NCBI GenBank assembly: GCA_963555815.3
Contig: CAUVWX020000002.1
Location: 288,001 to 352,000, forward strand
Reading direction: 5' to 3'
From: a bacterium
GTDB taxonomy: Bacteria; UBA8248; JACPRG01; G963555815
DNA length: 64,000 nucleotides
The position numbers were made by a program, and so were the translations under genes. This document shows positions 18,872-29,801 of the stretch, one piece after another. The notes under the pieces are model-generated. The model was not told where the DNA came from, made no database searches, and saw only the letters and a list, made by a program, of their open reading frames with translations. Positions within the stretch are counted from its first letter, which is position 1; the number at the start of each line of letters is the position of its first letter.

Positions 18872-19551
18872 AAGTGGCACTGGCGGTTCTGGTTTTGGCG
18901 GGGGCGACGTCGGCCGCCGCACTGGACCTCGAGGGGGTTATTGACCGGGTCCAGAACCGGTATGAGGAGACGGAGTTCCTGCAGGCCCGCTTTCGCCAGG
19001 TGTCCACACTGAAGTCGATAGGCGAGAGCCAGAGTTCAGAAGGCCGGGTCTTTATCCGAAAGCCCGGAAGGATGCGCTGGGAGTACGAGAAACCTGAACC
19101 CCAGGTCCTCATCAGTGACGGGGAGAATTTTTGGGTTTATACCCCGAGCCGGAATCAGGTTATCGTGAGCAGGGCCGGAGAGGGCATCCCGGTCTCGGCC
19201 CCCACCGCCTTCCTGGCGGGAAAGGGACGCCTTCGGTCTGAGTTTAAGATCACCTGGAGTCGGGAGTCGGGACCTCCCGAGGACCCTTCGGCTGAGACCT
19301 ATCGCCTGGACCTGTCACCGAGGAATCCCCATCCCAGCCTCGAGCGGCTCGTCATAGAGGTCCGGGCCGATGATTTCAACATTGTCAGGAGTTCCATCGT
19401 GGATGTTTTTGGGAATGTGACGGACGTCGAGTTTAACGAGATCGTGACGGACCGTCCCCTGCCGGACGATCTCTTCACCTTCGAGATTCCCCGCGGGGTG
19501 GAGATCCTGAGACCCCCGAGGCTTCCCACGAGCGGTGATAAGAGGAGGTAG
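18847..19551 (+). CDS. lolA: Outer-membrane lipoprotein carrier LolA
   Basis: Signal peptide; 'ARFRQ', 'KPGRMRWEY', 'ISDGENFWVY', 'FTFEIP'. Start could instead be GTG 18874. Confidence 0.88.
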   Translation: MEPSGATLKVALAVLVLAGATSAAALDLEGVIDRVQNRYEETEFLQARFRQVSTLKSIGESQSSEGRVFIRKPGRMRWEYEKPEPQVLISDGENFWVYTPSRNQVIVSRAGEGIPVSAPTAFLAGKGRLRSEFKITWSRESGPPEDPSAETYRLDLSPRNPHPSLERLVIEVRADDFNIVRSSIVDVFGNVTDVEFNEIVTDRPLPDDLFTFEIPRGVEILRPPRLPTSGDKRR

Positions 19552-19557
19552 TTTTTC

Positions 19558-20634
19558 TTGACGACAGCCCTTGCCGCCATCATTCTCCTGGGCCTTCTAG
19601 TCTTCGTCCACGAGCTCGGCCATTTCCTCTTGGCCAGGCGCTACGGGATCGGGGTGGAAAAGTTCTCTCTGGGCTTTGGGCCAAAGCTCTTCGGGCGCAA
19701 GCGTGGAGACACGGAATATCTCATCTCAGCCATCCCCCTCGGGGGCTACGTCAAGCTCATGGGGGAGGACCCTAAGGACACCGAGGTGGACCCCAAAAAG
19801 TCCTTTGCCCTGCGGCCTGTCCGGGAGCGGTTGGTTGTTGTCTTGGCGGGGCCAGCCTTTAATGTTTTCTTCGCAGTCCTCGTCTTCTGGGTGATCTATA
19901 TGGCGGGGGTCCCGGTCCTTCGGGCCACAGTCGGCGAGGTGATTCCCGAGTCTCCGGCAGCCCTGGCGGGTTTCCAGCCCAATGACCGCATTGTCACTAT
20001 TGATGAACAGCCTATCGAGGAGTGGGACCAACTGGTCTCCCTAGTCGGGGTGAGCGAGGGTCGCCCTCTTCAGATGACGGTCCTGCGAGGTGGGGAGACG
20101 GTTGAGCTTCAAGTCACACCGGCCCTTCGGAAGGCTCAGAATCTCTTCAACGAAGAGATCGAAAGGCCCATGATCGGCATCCAGAATCTAGGGACAGACT
20201 TCTTCCTTCGGCGCGTTGACCCCCTCACAGCCCTCGGGAGAGGGTTTACCCAGTCCGGGAACATCGTTTCTCTGACGGCCGTCAGCGTGTGGAAGATCGT
20301 GCGGGGCGACCTCCCGGCAAGAGAGTCCCTGGGGGGACCCATTCTCATTGTTCAGATGGCGGGACAGCAGTTCCGCCGTGGGGTCATGAACTACGCTTTT
20401 TTCGCCGCACTCATCAGCCTCAATCTCGCTATCCTCAACCTGCTGCCCATCCCCGTCCTGGACGGAGGTCATATCTTTTTCTTTCTCCTGGAAGCCGGCA
20501 TCGGCCGTCCCGTCAGCCTGAGGAAGCGAGAAATCGCCCAACAGGTGGGGCTTTTTCTTATCATCCTGTTGATGGTCTTTGCCTTCTATAATGATGTCGC
20601 TCGGATTTTCTCTCCCGCGGGAGGAACACCATGA
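19558..20634 (+). CDS. rseP: RIP metalloprotease RseP
   Basis: 'VHELGH', 'PLGGYVK', 'AGP', one PDZ domain, 'NLLPIPVLDGG'. Confidence 0.96.
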   Translation: MTTALAAIILLGLLVFVHELGHFLLARRYGIGVEKFSLGFGPKLFGRKRGDTEYLISAIPLGGYVKLMGEDPKDTEVDPKKSFALRPVRERLVVVLAGPAFNVFFAVLVFWVIYMAGVPVLRATVGEVIPESPAALAGFQPNDRIVTIDEQPIEEWDQLVSLVGVSEGRPLQMTVLRGGETVELQVTPALRKAQNLFNEEIERPMIGIQNLGTDFFLRRVDPLTALGRGFTQSGNIVSLTAVSVWKIVRGDLPARESLGGPILIVQMAGQQFRRGVMNYAFFAALISLNLAILNLLPIPVLDGGHIFFFLLEAGIGRPVSLRKREIAQQVGLFLIILLMVFAFYNDVARIFSPAGGTP

Positions 20635-21779
20635 AAGAACGGCGCAAGAGTAGACCTGTCTTCCTCGACCGGGTTCAGATTGGCGGCGATGCCCCCATCG
20701 CCGTCCAGTCCATGACGGACACTGACACCTGCGACACCCTCAAGACCATGCGGCAGATCCACACGCTGCAGCAAGTGGGCTGCGAGGTGGTCCGGGTGGC
20801 TGTCCCTGATATGGAAGCGGCCCGAAAGCTCCGGACCATCCGGGCCGGGATCGATATCCCTTTGGTGGCCGACATTCACTTCGACTACCGTCTTGCCCTT
20901 GAGGCCCTGAAGGCGGGGGTGGACTGTCTTCGGATCAATCCAGGCAATATCCGGGCCTTTGGGGGCGGAGAACATAAGGTGGCCGAGCTGGCGGCGGCCT
21001 GCAACGACCAGGGGGTCCCCATCCGGATCGGCGTCAACTCCGGCTCCCTCGAGGTGGACCTGGTGGACAAGTATGTCGGGCCGACGGCCGAGGCCATGGT
21101 GGAGAGCGCCCTCCGGCACGTGACCCTCTTAGAGAAGCACCATTTCGAGATGATCAAAATTTCCCTTAAGGCCTCCGATGTCTGGCGAACGGTGGACGCC
21201 TACCGCCTCATCGCAGACCGGGTGGACTACCCGCTCCACCTGGGGGTCACAGAGGCCGGCTCCCTCATCACAGGGACCGTCAAGACGACGGCCGCCTTCA
21301 GCCAGCTTCTGGCGGATGGCGTCGGAGACACGATTCGGGTCTCTCTCGCCGCAAGTCCCCTGGAAGAGGTAAAGGTGGGCTACGAGATCCTGAAGGCCAT
21401 GGAGGTCCGCCACCGGGGGGTGAACGTGGTGGCCTGCCCGACCTGCGGCCGGCTTCAGATCGACGTGGAGGGTCTTGCCGCTCGGCTTGAAAAGGGGCTT
21501 GCACACATCAAGCGCCCTGTCACCGTGGCCGTCATGGGCTGCGAAGTCAACGGCCCCGGAGAGGCGAAGGACGCTGACATCGGCATCGCCGGCGGGCGGG
21601 GAGAGGGGATGCTCTTTGTCAAAGGCAAAAAGGCCCGAAAGGTCAAGGAGGCGGACTTCTATCAGGTCGTCGTCGAGGAAGTTGAAAAGATGGTGGCCGA
21701 GGAGGCCTCCCAGAGTGAAGAGGAAGAGACCTCCGGCCCTGGGGTGCCCGAACTCCCTCAGCTTCGAATCTTGTCCTAG
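20631..21779 (+). CDS. ispG: HMBPP synthase IspG
   Basis: 'VQSMT', 'ADIHF', 'RINPGN', 'CPTCGR', 'MGCEVNGPGE'. Confidence 0.97.
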   Translation: MKERRKSRPVFLDRVQIGGDAPIAVQSMTDTDTCDTLKTMRQIHTLQQVGCEVVRVAVPDMEAARKLRTIRAGIDIPLVADIHFDYRLALEALKAGVDCLRINPGNIRAFGGGEHKVAELAAACNDQGVPIRIGVNSGSLEVDLVDKYVGPTAEAMVESALRHVTLLEKHHFEMIKISLKASDVWRTVDAYRLIADRVDYPLHLGVTEAGSLITGTVKTTAAFSQLLADGVGDTIRVSLAASPLEEVKVGYEILKAMEVRHRGVNVVACPTCGRLQIDVEGLAARLEKGLAHIKRPVTVAVMGCEVNGPGEAKDADIGIAGGRGEGMLFVKGKKARKVKEADFYQVVVEEVEKMVAEEASQSEEEETSGPGVPELPQLRILS

Positions 21780-21877
21780 GAGACTGCCCCCAATCTTTCG
21801 CAGAACGGACTGGGCCCCAGCTCAATCGGGTCCCAGTCTTCGTTTGACCGCAGAGTAGGGGAGGATCTGTTCGGTAG

Positions 21878-23599
21878 ATGCGTTTGACGCAGGCGTTTTT
21901 TCCCACGCTGAAGGAGGCGCCCACCGAAGCTGAGGTGGTCAGCCACAGCCTCATGGTCCGAGCGGGCCTCATCCGACGCCTGGCGGCTGGAGTGTACATC
22001 ATGCTCCCGCTTGGTCTTCGTGTCCAAAAGAAAGTGGAGGCGATTGTGCGGGAAGAGATGGACCGGGCGGGGGGCCAAGAGGTCCTCCTTCCGGTCCTTC
22101 TGCCCGCGGAGCTTTGGCGCGAGACGGGCCGGTGGGAGGAGTACGGAAAAGAGCTCATGCGTCTTCAAGACCGTCACGAGCGGGATTTTTGTTTAGGCCC
22201 CACTCATGAGGAGGTCATTACCGACCTCATCCGAAGGGAGATCCGGTCCTACCGAAGCCTTCCCCTCACCCTCTACCAGATCCAGACCAAGTTTCGAGAC
22301 GAGATCCGCCCCCGCTTTGGCGTCATGCGGGGGAGGGAGTTCACCATGAAGGACGCCTATAGCTTCGACCGGGATGACAAGGGGGCTGAGGAGAGTTACC
22401 ACAGGATGTACGACGCCTACACCCGGATCTTCACCCGTTGCGGCCTTCAGTTCTCCTCCGTCGAGGCCGACCCGGGCATCATCGGAGGGAGCTTTTCGCA
22501 CGAGTTCATGGTCTTGGCCGATACGGGGGAGGAGGCCATCGTGGGGTGCGGGGGTTGCCACTATGCGGCCAATGTGGAGAAGACCCCCTTCTCGACGGGG
22601 GCCTCGGCGGAAGAGACAGGGCCTAAAGTTGCGGAGCTCGAAAAGGTTTTCACCCCGAACCTCAAAACGGCCGAGGAGGTGGCGGCCTATCTAAAAAGCG
22701 ACCTTCACGACCTGGCGAAGACGCTCATCTACCAGGCCGATGGGAATCTGTGGGCGGTCATGATCCCGGGCGATTGTCAGGTGAACCAGCTCAAGCTCAA
22801 GAACTCCCTGGGGGCGGCGGACCTCTCCATGGCCGACCCAGAGACCACGGAACGTGTGACCGGGGCGCCGGTGGGGTTTGCAGGGCCCATCGGCCTAAAG
22901 GACATCCCCATCGTGGCCGACCACACTCTGAGCGATCGGGAGAACCTCATCGTTGGGGCCAATGAGGCGGACCACCACTACCGGGGGGCGAAGCCGGGCC
23001 GGGATTTTGAGGTCCGAGAATACACCGATCTCAGGCTGGCTCGGACGGGAGACCCGTGCCCCCGGTGTGGGAAACCTCTTGCCCTTCGTCGCGGCATTGA
23101 GGTGGGCCACATCTTCAAGCTGGGAACGAAGTACAGCCAGACCCTGGGGGCCACCTTCCTGGATGCGCAGGGACAGGAGCGCCTGTCGATCATGGGCTGC
23201 TACGGCATCGGCATCGGCCGCACCATCGCAGCCGCGATTGAACAAAACCACGACGAACGGGGAATTATCTGGCCCATGCCCCTTGCCCCTTACCAGGTGG
23301 TCATCATCCCCGTGAACACCGAAGAGCCCTCCGTCATGAAGACTGCCGAGGACCTCTACGCGAGACTTCAGGGGGAGGGGCTGGAAACCCTTCTCGATGA
23401 CCGTGACGAGCGAGCAGGGGTAAAGTTCAAAGACGCGGAACTCATCGGGATTCCCCTCCAAGTGATCGTCGGGGTTCGAAATCTGAAGGCCGGCAAGATT
23501 GAAATAAAACGTCGACGAGACGGTGCGACCTCCCTGGCTTCCTTGGAAGAGGTCCTGACCGCCGTTCTCCAGATAGTGAAAGAGCCCCTTCCAAGCTAA
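21878..23599 (+). CDS. proS: Prolyl-tRNA synthetase (bacterial type with INS editing domain)
   Basis: 'LGPTHEE', 'FRDEIRPRFG', 'EVGHIFKLG', 'MGCYGIG'. Confidence 0.98.
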   Translation: MRLTQAFFPTLKEAPTEAEVVSHSLMVRAGLIRRLAAGVYIMLPLGLRVQKKVEAIVREEMDRAGGQEVLLPVLLPAELWRETGRWEEYGKELMRLQDRHERDFCLGPTHEEVITDLIRREIRSYRSLPLTLYQIQTKFRDEIRPRFGVMRGREFTMKDAYSFDRDDKGAEESYHRMYDAYTRIFTRCGLQFSSVEADPGIIGGSFSHEFMVLADTGEEAIVGCGGCHYAANVEKTPFSTGASAEETGPKVAELEKVFTPNLKTAEEVAAYLKSDLHDLAKTLIYQADGNLWAVMIPGDCQVNQLKLKNSLGAADLSMADPETTERVTGAPVGFAGPIGLKDIPIVADHTLSDRENLIVGANEADHHYRGAKPGRDFEVREYTDLRLARTGDPCPRCGKPLALRRGIEVGHIFKLGTKYSQTLGATFLDAQGQERLSIMGCYGIGIGRTIAAAIEQNHDERGIIWPMPLAPYQVVIIPVNTEEPSVMKTAEDLYARLQGEGLETLLDDRDERAGVKFKDAELIGIPLQVIVGVRNLKAGKIEIKRRRDGATSLASLEEVLTAVLQIVKEPLPS

Positions 23600-23700
23600 C
23601 TTTCAGGCGCCCCTGCAACCCCCCCCTAGGGGAGAGGGGATTTTTCCCTTGAATTATGGCTCGATGAGGGTAAATTATTACGCAGATGGAGCACCGACGA

Positions 23701-23727
23701 AAGGTGGGCCAAATGCCCACTTTTTTT
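23701..23727 (+). promoter_or_regulatory. rimP-leader hairpin / intrinsic terminator (attenuator) upstream of rimP-nusA-infB
   Basis: GTGGGC-CAAAT-GCCCAC followed by T7, ending 13 nt before the rimP ATG; resembles the widespread GTGGG...CCCAC rimP leader stem. Confidence 0.7.
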
Positions 23728-23740
23728 ATTATGGGAGCTG

Positions 23741-24250
23741 ATGCGGGTGGACACCTCCATGTTCCTTGAGAAGCTTCACCCTTTGGTGGAGCCCGTGGTG
23801 GAGGATGAGGGGCTGGAGCTGGTGGACCTGGAGTGGGTGAGCCTCTCAGGCCGGTGGGTCCTTCGGGTCTATATGGACAAGGAGGGTGGGGTAACCCTGG
23901 ATGACTGTCAGCGTGTCAGCCGTCGTTTGAATCCGGTGCTTGACGTGGAAGATCTCATCCCAGGCCATTACAGCCTGGAGGTGTCCTCGCCGGGCCTGAA
24001 TCGAAGGCTGAAGAAGACTTCGGACTTCAGGAAGTTTTTAGGGCGCCGGGCGCGCATTGAGCTTTCATCCCCCCTTCAGGGCAGAAAGCGGTTTCGAGGA
24101 AAACTGTCGGGAATTAGCGGGGAGGAAGCGACGGAGATTGTCTTGGAGCTGGAGGGGGGGGAAGTCGTGCATCTGCCGCTGGCGGATATCGGCAAAGCCC
24201 GCCTCGAGGTGAAGTTGTTCCTGACAAGAAGGAGCAGGAGGTTTGCCTGA
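23741..24250 (+). CDS. rimP: Ribosome maturation factor RimP
   Basis: 'LRVYMD..GGVTLDDC', 'YSLEVSSPGLNR'. Confidence 0.96.
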   Translation: MRVDTSMFLEKLHPLVEPVVEDEGLELVDLEWVSLSGRWVLRVYMDKEGGVTLDDCQRVSRRLNPVLDVEDLIPGHYSLEVSSPGLNRRLKKTSDFRKFLGRRARIELSSPLQGRKRFRGKLSGISGEEATEIVLELEGGEVVHLPLADIGKARLEVKLFLTRRSRRFA

Positions 24251-25706
24251 GGTAACCCAAGAACTGATGTTGCTCCTGAACCAGATCGAGCGGGAGAAGG
24301 GCATCGACAAGGCGCTTCTCGTGGAGGGGATCACCTCGGCCGTCGTTTCTGCATCTCGGAAATTCTACGGGGCCGAGGCCAACATCGAAGCTGTTCTGGA
24401 TAATGAGAGCGGAAGGGTGGATCTTTTCTGCCACAAGACCGTGGTGAAGAAAGTGTCGGAACCCGAGATGGAGATAAGCCTTAAGGAGGCCGCCACACAT
24501 AAGGCTGATGCCAAGGTGGGCGACCTTGTCGCCATTCCCCTTCCATTCGAAAGTTTCGGCCGCATCGCCGCTCAGACAGCGAAGCAGGTCATCCTGCAGC
24601 GAGTCCGGGAAGCTGAACGGGAGATGGTCTACAACGAGTACAAGGACCGGAAAGAAGAACTCGTCAATGGCATCGTCACCCGAGTAGAGAAGGGGACGAT
24701 CTACGTGGACATAGGAAAAGGGGAGGGCGTCCTGCCGCGAAGGGAGCAGGTTTTCCGAGAAACCTACCGGCGAAGCGACCGAATCCGCGCATTAATCCTG
24801 GAGGTCCGCCAGGCCTCCCGAGGCCCTCAGGTCATCCTTTCCAGAACCCACCCCGCCCTTGTCGTGAAGCTGTTCGCCATCGAGGTGCCAGAGATCTACG
24901 AGGGGATCGTGGAGATCAAGGAGGCCGTTCGGGAACCCAGCGGGCGATCTAAGATCGCGGTGGTCTCTCATGACAAAGATGTGGACCCGGTGGGGGCTTG
25001 TGTTGGGATGCGAGGCTCCCGCGTTCAGTCCATCGTCCAGGAGCTCAGGGGAGAGAAAATCGACATCATTCAGTGGACTGACGACCTCTCCACCTTCGCG
25101 GCAAACGCCCTGAGCCCCGCCAAGATCTCGCGGGTCATTTTGGGCGAGTCGGAGCAGGCGATGGTGGTCGTGGTCCCCGACGATCAGCTCTCCCTGGCCA
25201 TCGGAAGGAGCGGCCAAAACGTCCGTTTGGCGGCCAAACTTCTCAAGTGGAAGATCGACCTTAAGGGCGAATCGGAATACCAACGAGAACAGGCGGAATT
25301 GGCGGCCGATGTTCTCTCGGGGGGCAGAAAGGGGATTCCTCTGATCGAGTTGGGCGGCCTTGGCCCCAAGACGGCAGAACACTTGAAAGCATATAAGATC
25401 CGGACCGTTGAAAACCTGGCAGCAGTCTCTTTGGAAGACCTGACGGCTATCCCCGGAATCGGTTCTAAGCGGGCGGAGGTCCTTCTGAACGGAGCCAAGG
25501 AACATCTCGCCGCCCGAGTCGCTGCCGCCGAAAAGGACGAAGAAGCCCCGCAAGAGAGCGCCCAGGAGACTGAGGCCGATCTCCCCGAGACCAAGGACGA
25601 AGAACTCGAGGTCCACGAGACGGACTCGACCAGGTCTGTTGGGGACAATGGGGAAGAGCCTGAGGGGGAGAAGGAGCCTTCTGAGAAGTTAGACGAGAGT
25701 GGTTAA
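24243..25706 (+). CDS. nusA: Transcription termination factor NusA
   Basis: 'FGRIAAQTAKQVI', 'DPVGACVGMRGSR', 'AIGRSGQNVRLA'; HhH domain and acidic tail. Confidence 0.97.
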   Translation: MPEVTQELMLLLNQIEREKGIDKALLVEGITSAVVSASRKFYGAEANIEAVLDNESGRVDLFCHKTVVKKVSEPEMEISLKEAATHKADAKVGDLVAIPLPFESFGRIAAQTAKQVILQRVREAEREMVYNEYKDRKEELVNGIVTRVEKGTIYVDIGKGEGVLPRREQVFRETYRRSDRIRALILEVRQASRGPQVILSRTHPALVVKLFAIEVPEIYEGIVEIKEAVREPSGRSKIAVVSHDKDVDPVGACVGMRGSRVQSIVQELRGEKIDIIQWTDDLSTFAANALSPAKISRVILGESEQAMVVVVPDDQLSLAIGRSGQNVRLAAKLLKWKIDLKGESEYQREQAELAADVLSGGRKGIPLIELGGLGPKTAEHLKAYKIRTVENLAAVSLEDLTAIPGIGSKRAEVLLNGAKEHLAARVAAAEKDEEAPQESAQETEADLPETKDEELEVHETDSTRSVGDNGEEPEGEKEPSEKLDESG

Positions 25707-25807
25707 AAGAGAGAGGCCCGAAACAGGTGCGGGCTGAAGGCCGGTATGGTATATAGATCCTCCTAACTAAAGCGAGATGAGGAAGTTTCAGCGGGAAAGA
25801 GGGTTCA

Positions 25808-28190
25808 ATGGCAGCACTGAGAGCTCACCAGCTCGCTAAAGAGCTAGGGCTTGATAGCAAATCTCTCCTTGTGGTTGCAGAGAAGGCCGGGATTGCCATC
25901 AAGTCCCATATGAGTTCTTTAGACGAGAAAACAGCTCAAAAACTGCGAACCCTTCACGCGAATGGGAAGCTGGTGCTTTCCCCCACGCCGAAAAAAAAAG
26001 GCCGAAACAGGGCAAGCGACTAAAGCGACGGAAGCCCCAAAGAGCCGGGCCGTACGCGCCAAACCAAAAGAGTCCCCCGTAAAAGCGAAGAAATCTCTCA
26101 CAGCGACCTCGAAAAAATCCGTGGCCACGCCCCCGAAGAAAGCGGCTGCTCCGGCGGTCCGATCCGGGGTGGCCCCGGCAGTCGCGAAGACAAAACCTGG
26201 GTCTGTCAAAGAGCCCTCCAAGAAGGCAAAGCAACCGAAAGAGGCGGTTCGAAGACAAAAAGAAGAGGTCAAAGAGCTTGAGGCGCTGGAGCGGGAACTC
26301 GAGGACCTGCTGGTTAAAAAGCCCGCTCCCCCGCCAGAAGACGAGAAGGAGGACGAGAAGGCTACGGAGGCGGCCACGGCTGAGGTCATTGCGCCTGAGC
26401 CGGAGGAGTTTTTAGGGGCCCCTCCTTCTGACAAGAAGGTGCGCATCACTGAGGCCCAGACGGTGAAGGAGCTGGCGGAGCTCCTCGAGATTCCTCCGGC
26501 CGAGGTCATCAAGCACCTGATGGGGGTTGGCATCCTCTCTACGATGAATCAGATTATCGACATTGATGTGGCGGTTTCGGTCGTGCAGAAGTTTGGGCGA
26601 GAAGCCGAGGTCGTAGAGGCGGGCTCCGAGGAACTCCTCTTTGAGGAAGAAGAGGAGGGGGAAGACCATGTGGTGCCCCGTGCCCCCGTCGTCACGGTCA
26701 TGGGCCACGTGGACCACGGAAAGACCCGGCTCCTGGATGCGATCCGCAAGACGAACGTCATCGGACAGGAGGCGGGGGGCATCACCCAGCGCATCGGCGC
26801 CTACCACGTGACGGTAGACAAGGGGACGATTGTGTTCCTGGACACTCCAGGCCACGAGGCCTTTACCGCCATGCGGGCCCGGGGGGTCCAGGTGACGGAC
26901 ATCGTGGTCCTGGTGGTGGCCGCCGACAGTGGCGTCATGCCCCAGACCCGCGAGGCCATCGCCCATGCCCGGGCCGCCGGCGTCCCCATTGTTGTGGCCA
27001 TCAACAAAGTGGACCTGCCGAACGCCAACCCCGACAAGGTGAAAAAGGACCTCACCGAGTTCAACCTGGTCCCTGAAGAATGGGGGGGCGACACCATCAT
27101 GGTCGAAGTCTCGGCCAAGCAGCAGCAGGGGATCGAAGACCTCCTGGAGATGATTCTCCTTCAAACCGAGATTCTGGAGCTCAAGGCGAACCCCAAGCTG
27201 AGGAGCAAGGGGGTCGTCATCGAGAGTGCCATGGACCGGGGTCGGGGCCCGGTGGCGACGGTGCTTGTCCAGAGGGGGACCCTTCAGGTGGGCGACCCCT
27301 TTCTGGCAGGGCTTCATCACGGAAAGGTCCGAGCCCTCATGGACGACCAGGGAAAAAAGGTGGAGTCCGCGGGACCCTCCATGCCGATCGTGGTCCTTGG
27401 CTTCTCCGGGGTTCCGCGGGCCGGAGACTCCTTTGTGGTGGTACAAGACGAGCGAAAGGCCCGTCAGATTGGCGCCCTTCGGCTGAAACGCCAGCACCAA
27501 GAGGAGCTGGCGAAATCCGCCCGGACGAGTCTGGAAGACTTCTTGGAGGGCGTACAAAAGGGGGTCGTGAAGGAGCTTCCCATTGTCCTCAAGACAGACA
27601 CTCAAGGGAGCAGTCAGGCCCTACAGGAGGCCCTCAAGAAGCTCAGCACTGAGGAGGTTAAACTTCGGTTCATCCATCAAGCCGTCGGCGGAATCAGTGA
27701 GTCAGACGTGATGCTGGCGAGTACCTCTCGGGGCATCATCATCGGGTTCCACGTGCGTCCTACCCCTCAGGCCAGCCGGCTGGCTCAGCAAGAGAGAGTC
27801 GACATCCGTCTCTACTCTGTCATCTATGAGGCCCTAAATGATGTTAAGGCGGCGCTGGAGGGCCTCATGGACCCCACCTACCGCGAGGTTGTCCTTGGCC
27901 GGGCAGAGGTCCGCCAGATTTTCACTATTCCCAAGGTGGGGGTCGTGGCGGGCTGCCATGTGACGGAGGGGGTGGTGCAGCGGACGGCTGATGCACGACT
28001 TCTTCGGGACGATGTGGTGGTCTTTGAGGGAAAGATAAGCTCCCTTCGACGCTTCAAGGATGACGTGTCGGAGGTTTCCGGCGGGTTCGAGTGTGGGATA
28101 ACCCTGGATCAGTTTCAGGACGTCAAGCCTGGGGATATCATCGAACCCTACGTCATGCAGGAGGAAGAGCGGAAGGCTAGCCGGGAATGA
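25808..28190 (+). CDS. infB: Translation initiation factor IF-2; frameshifted at the A9 run 25991-25999
   Basis: IF2_N '[10 protein letters not shown]...KSHMSSL' starts at 25808; G-domain 'MGHVDHGKT', 'DTPGHEAF', 'NKVD' is in the +1 frame. Removing one A fuses the two. Confidence 0.95.
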
Positions 28191-28468
28191 TCGTGGGGAT
28201 CTGCACCATCGAACTGCATATTCACGGAAACCAGTCGCTGAAGGGAAAACGTCGGGTTCTTCGGAGTGTTAAAGACCGCCTGCGCCACCGGTTCAATGTG
28301 TCCATAGCCGAGGTCGATTACCAGGATCTGTGGCAACGCGCCCTCATCGGCGTCACCATGGTGGGGTCCGACCGAGCCCAGGTGGATCGAACCCTCCAGC
28401 ACGTCGTTTCGGCCGTCGAGGGGATGGGTGTTGCTGAACTGGTCGACGCCGAGGTCGAGATCCTATGA
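28187..28468 (+). CDS. DUF503 (YlxP) family protein
   Basis: 'SLKGKR...RFNVSIAEVD.QDLWQ'; lies between infB and rbfA. Confidence 0.92.
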   Translation: MIVGICTIELHIHGNQSLKGKRRVLRSVKDRLRHRFNVSIAEVDYQDLWQRALIGVTMVGSDRAQVDRTLQHVVSAVEGMGVAELVDAEVEIL

Positions 28469-28827
28469 AGAGATATACGGACACAGGGCGTCCAGGACGA
28501 GTGGGGGGGGTGGTGCGCCAAGAGCTGGCAGAGCTCCTGCGCACTCATGTGAAGGACCCGCGCGTCGGCTTTGTCTCTATCACCCGGGTCGAGGTCAGTC
28601 CAGACCTCCGGTGCGCCCGAATCCTGGTGAGTGTGATGGGGGACGACAAGGCGAAGCAGGATACCTTAGAGGGTCTCGACAGCGCCAAGACTTTCTTGAG
28701 GAGCCTCCTGGGTCAACGACTTCACCTTCGGTATGTCCCTGAACTCCTCTTCAAGCTGGACGAATCCATCGCCTACAGTGCACATATCCACAGTGTCCTT
28801 GAGCAGCTCAAGATGAACCCCACATGA
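28465..28827 (+). CDS. rbfA: Ribosome-binding factor A
   Basis: 'KDPRVGFVSIT.VEVSPDL', 'RYVPELLFKLDES'. Confidence 0.95.
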   Translation: MKRYTDTGRPGRVGGVVRQELAELLRTHVKDPRVGFVSITRVEVSPDLRCARILVSVMGDDKAKQDTLEGLDSAKTFLRSLLGQRLHLRYVPELLFKLDESIAYSAHIHSVLEQLKMNPT

Positions 28828-28849
28828 GGACCTTGCCCTGGAAGGCCTC

Positions 28850-29761
28850 TTGAATGTCTACAAACTCCCGGGACCGACCTCTCATGATGTTGTGGCTCGC
28901 CTGAGGCGCCATCTGAAGAAGGTTCGGGTCGGTCACTCCGGGACCTTGGACCCCCTCGCCGAGGGTGTCCTTCTCCTCTGCCTCGGAAGGGCCACCAAGT
29001 TCTTTGATTTCCTCATCGAATGCCCGAAGACTTATATCGCTACGCTTCGCCTGGGGATCGTCACGACCACCCAGGATACCGAGGGAGACATCGTCTCCGA
29101 ACGTCCTGTGGGGCCCGTCTCGGCCGATGCCTGGAGGGAGCTCCTCAAAGAGTTCGAAGGGGAGATTGAGCAGCTTCCCCCCATGTTTTCGGCCCGTCGC
29201 CACCAGGGGCGCCACCTCTATGACCTGGCCAGGGCCGGCATCGAGGTGGAACGGGCCCCCAGAAGGACATGGGTGGAGGGCCTGGAGCTTCTTTCCATCG
29301 AGGGTCCCGAGGTGACTTTGAAGGTCCGCTGCGGTCGCGGGACTTATATCAGGACCCTCTGTCAGGACCTGGGGGAGCGCTTTCAGACAGGGGCCCACAT
29401 GGCTCGGTTGACCCGCACGGCCGTGGGTCCTTTTCTAGCGGAAGATTCCATTAGCCTTGAGGCTGCCGAGGATCACGCCATCCACGGCACTCTTGAGGAG
29501 CTGCTTGTGCCCGTCGCCCGGGCCCTGGCTTGTCTCCCCGAAGTCCATTTGGGCCGCCTCCCGCCGGGGGGACTTCGAAAGGGGATGTGGATCGGGGAGA
29601 AAGACCTTCTGGGACCTGCGCCTGAGGGGAGGGCGGGGACTCACTTACGCTTGGTAGACGGAGCAGGCCAGACCCTGGCCCTGGCCCGGTTTGTCTCGGG
29701 AGAGGCTTTTCCCATGAGAGTCAGAAAGGTCTTGAAAACGCCCCTCGCGGTGCAGACATAG
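28850..29761 (+). CDS. truB: tRNA pseudouridine(55) synthase
   Basis: 'TSHDVV', 'GHSGTLDP', 'PPMFSA', 'GTYIRTL'. The true start may be ATG 28824, one base out of frame. Confidence 0.95.
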   Translation: MNVYKLPGPTSHDVVARLRRHLKKVRVGHSGTLDPLAEGVLLLCLGRATKFFDFLIECPKTYIATLRLGIVTTTQDTEGDIVSERPVGPVSADAWRELLKEFEGEIEQLPPMFSARRHQGRHLYDLARAGIEVERAPRRTWVEGLELLSIEGPEVTLKVRCGRGTYIRTLCQDLGERFQTGAHMARLTRTAVGPFLAEDSISLEAAEDHAIHGTLEELLVPVARALACLPEVHLGRLPPGGLRKGMWIGEKDLLGPAPEGRAGTHLRLVDGAGQTLALARFVSGEAFPMRVRKVLKTPLAVQT

Positions 29762-29801
29762 AGGGGGGATTTGCTATGGTGAGAAGAGAGGAGAGAGGCC
29801 A

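Noticed and set aside
26000..26420. Lys/Ala/Pro-rich low-complexity stretch resembling histone H1
   Set aside because: This is the ordinary variable N-terminal linker of IF2.
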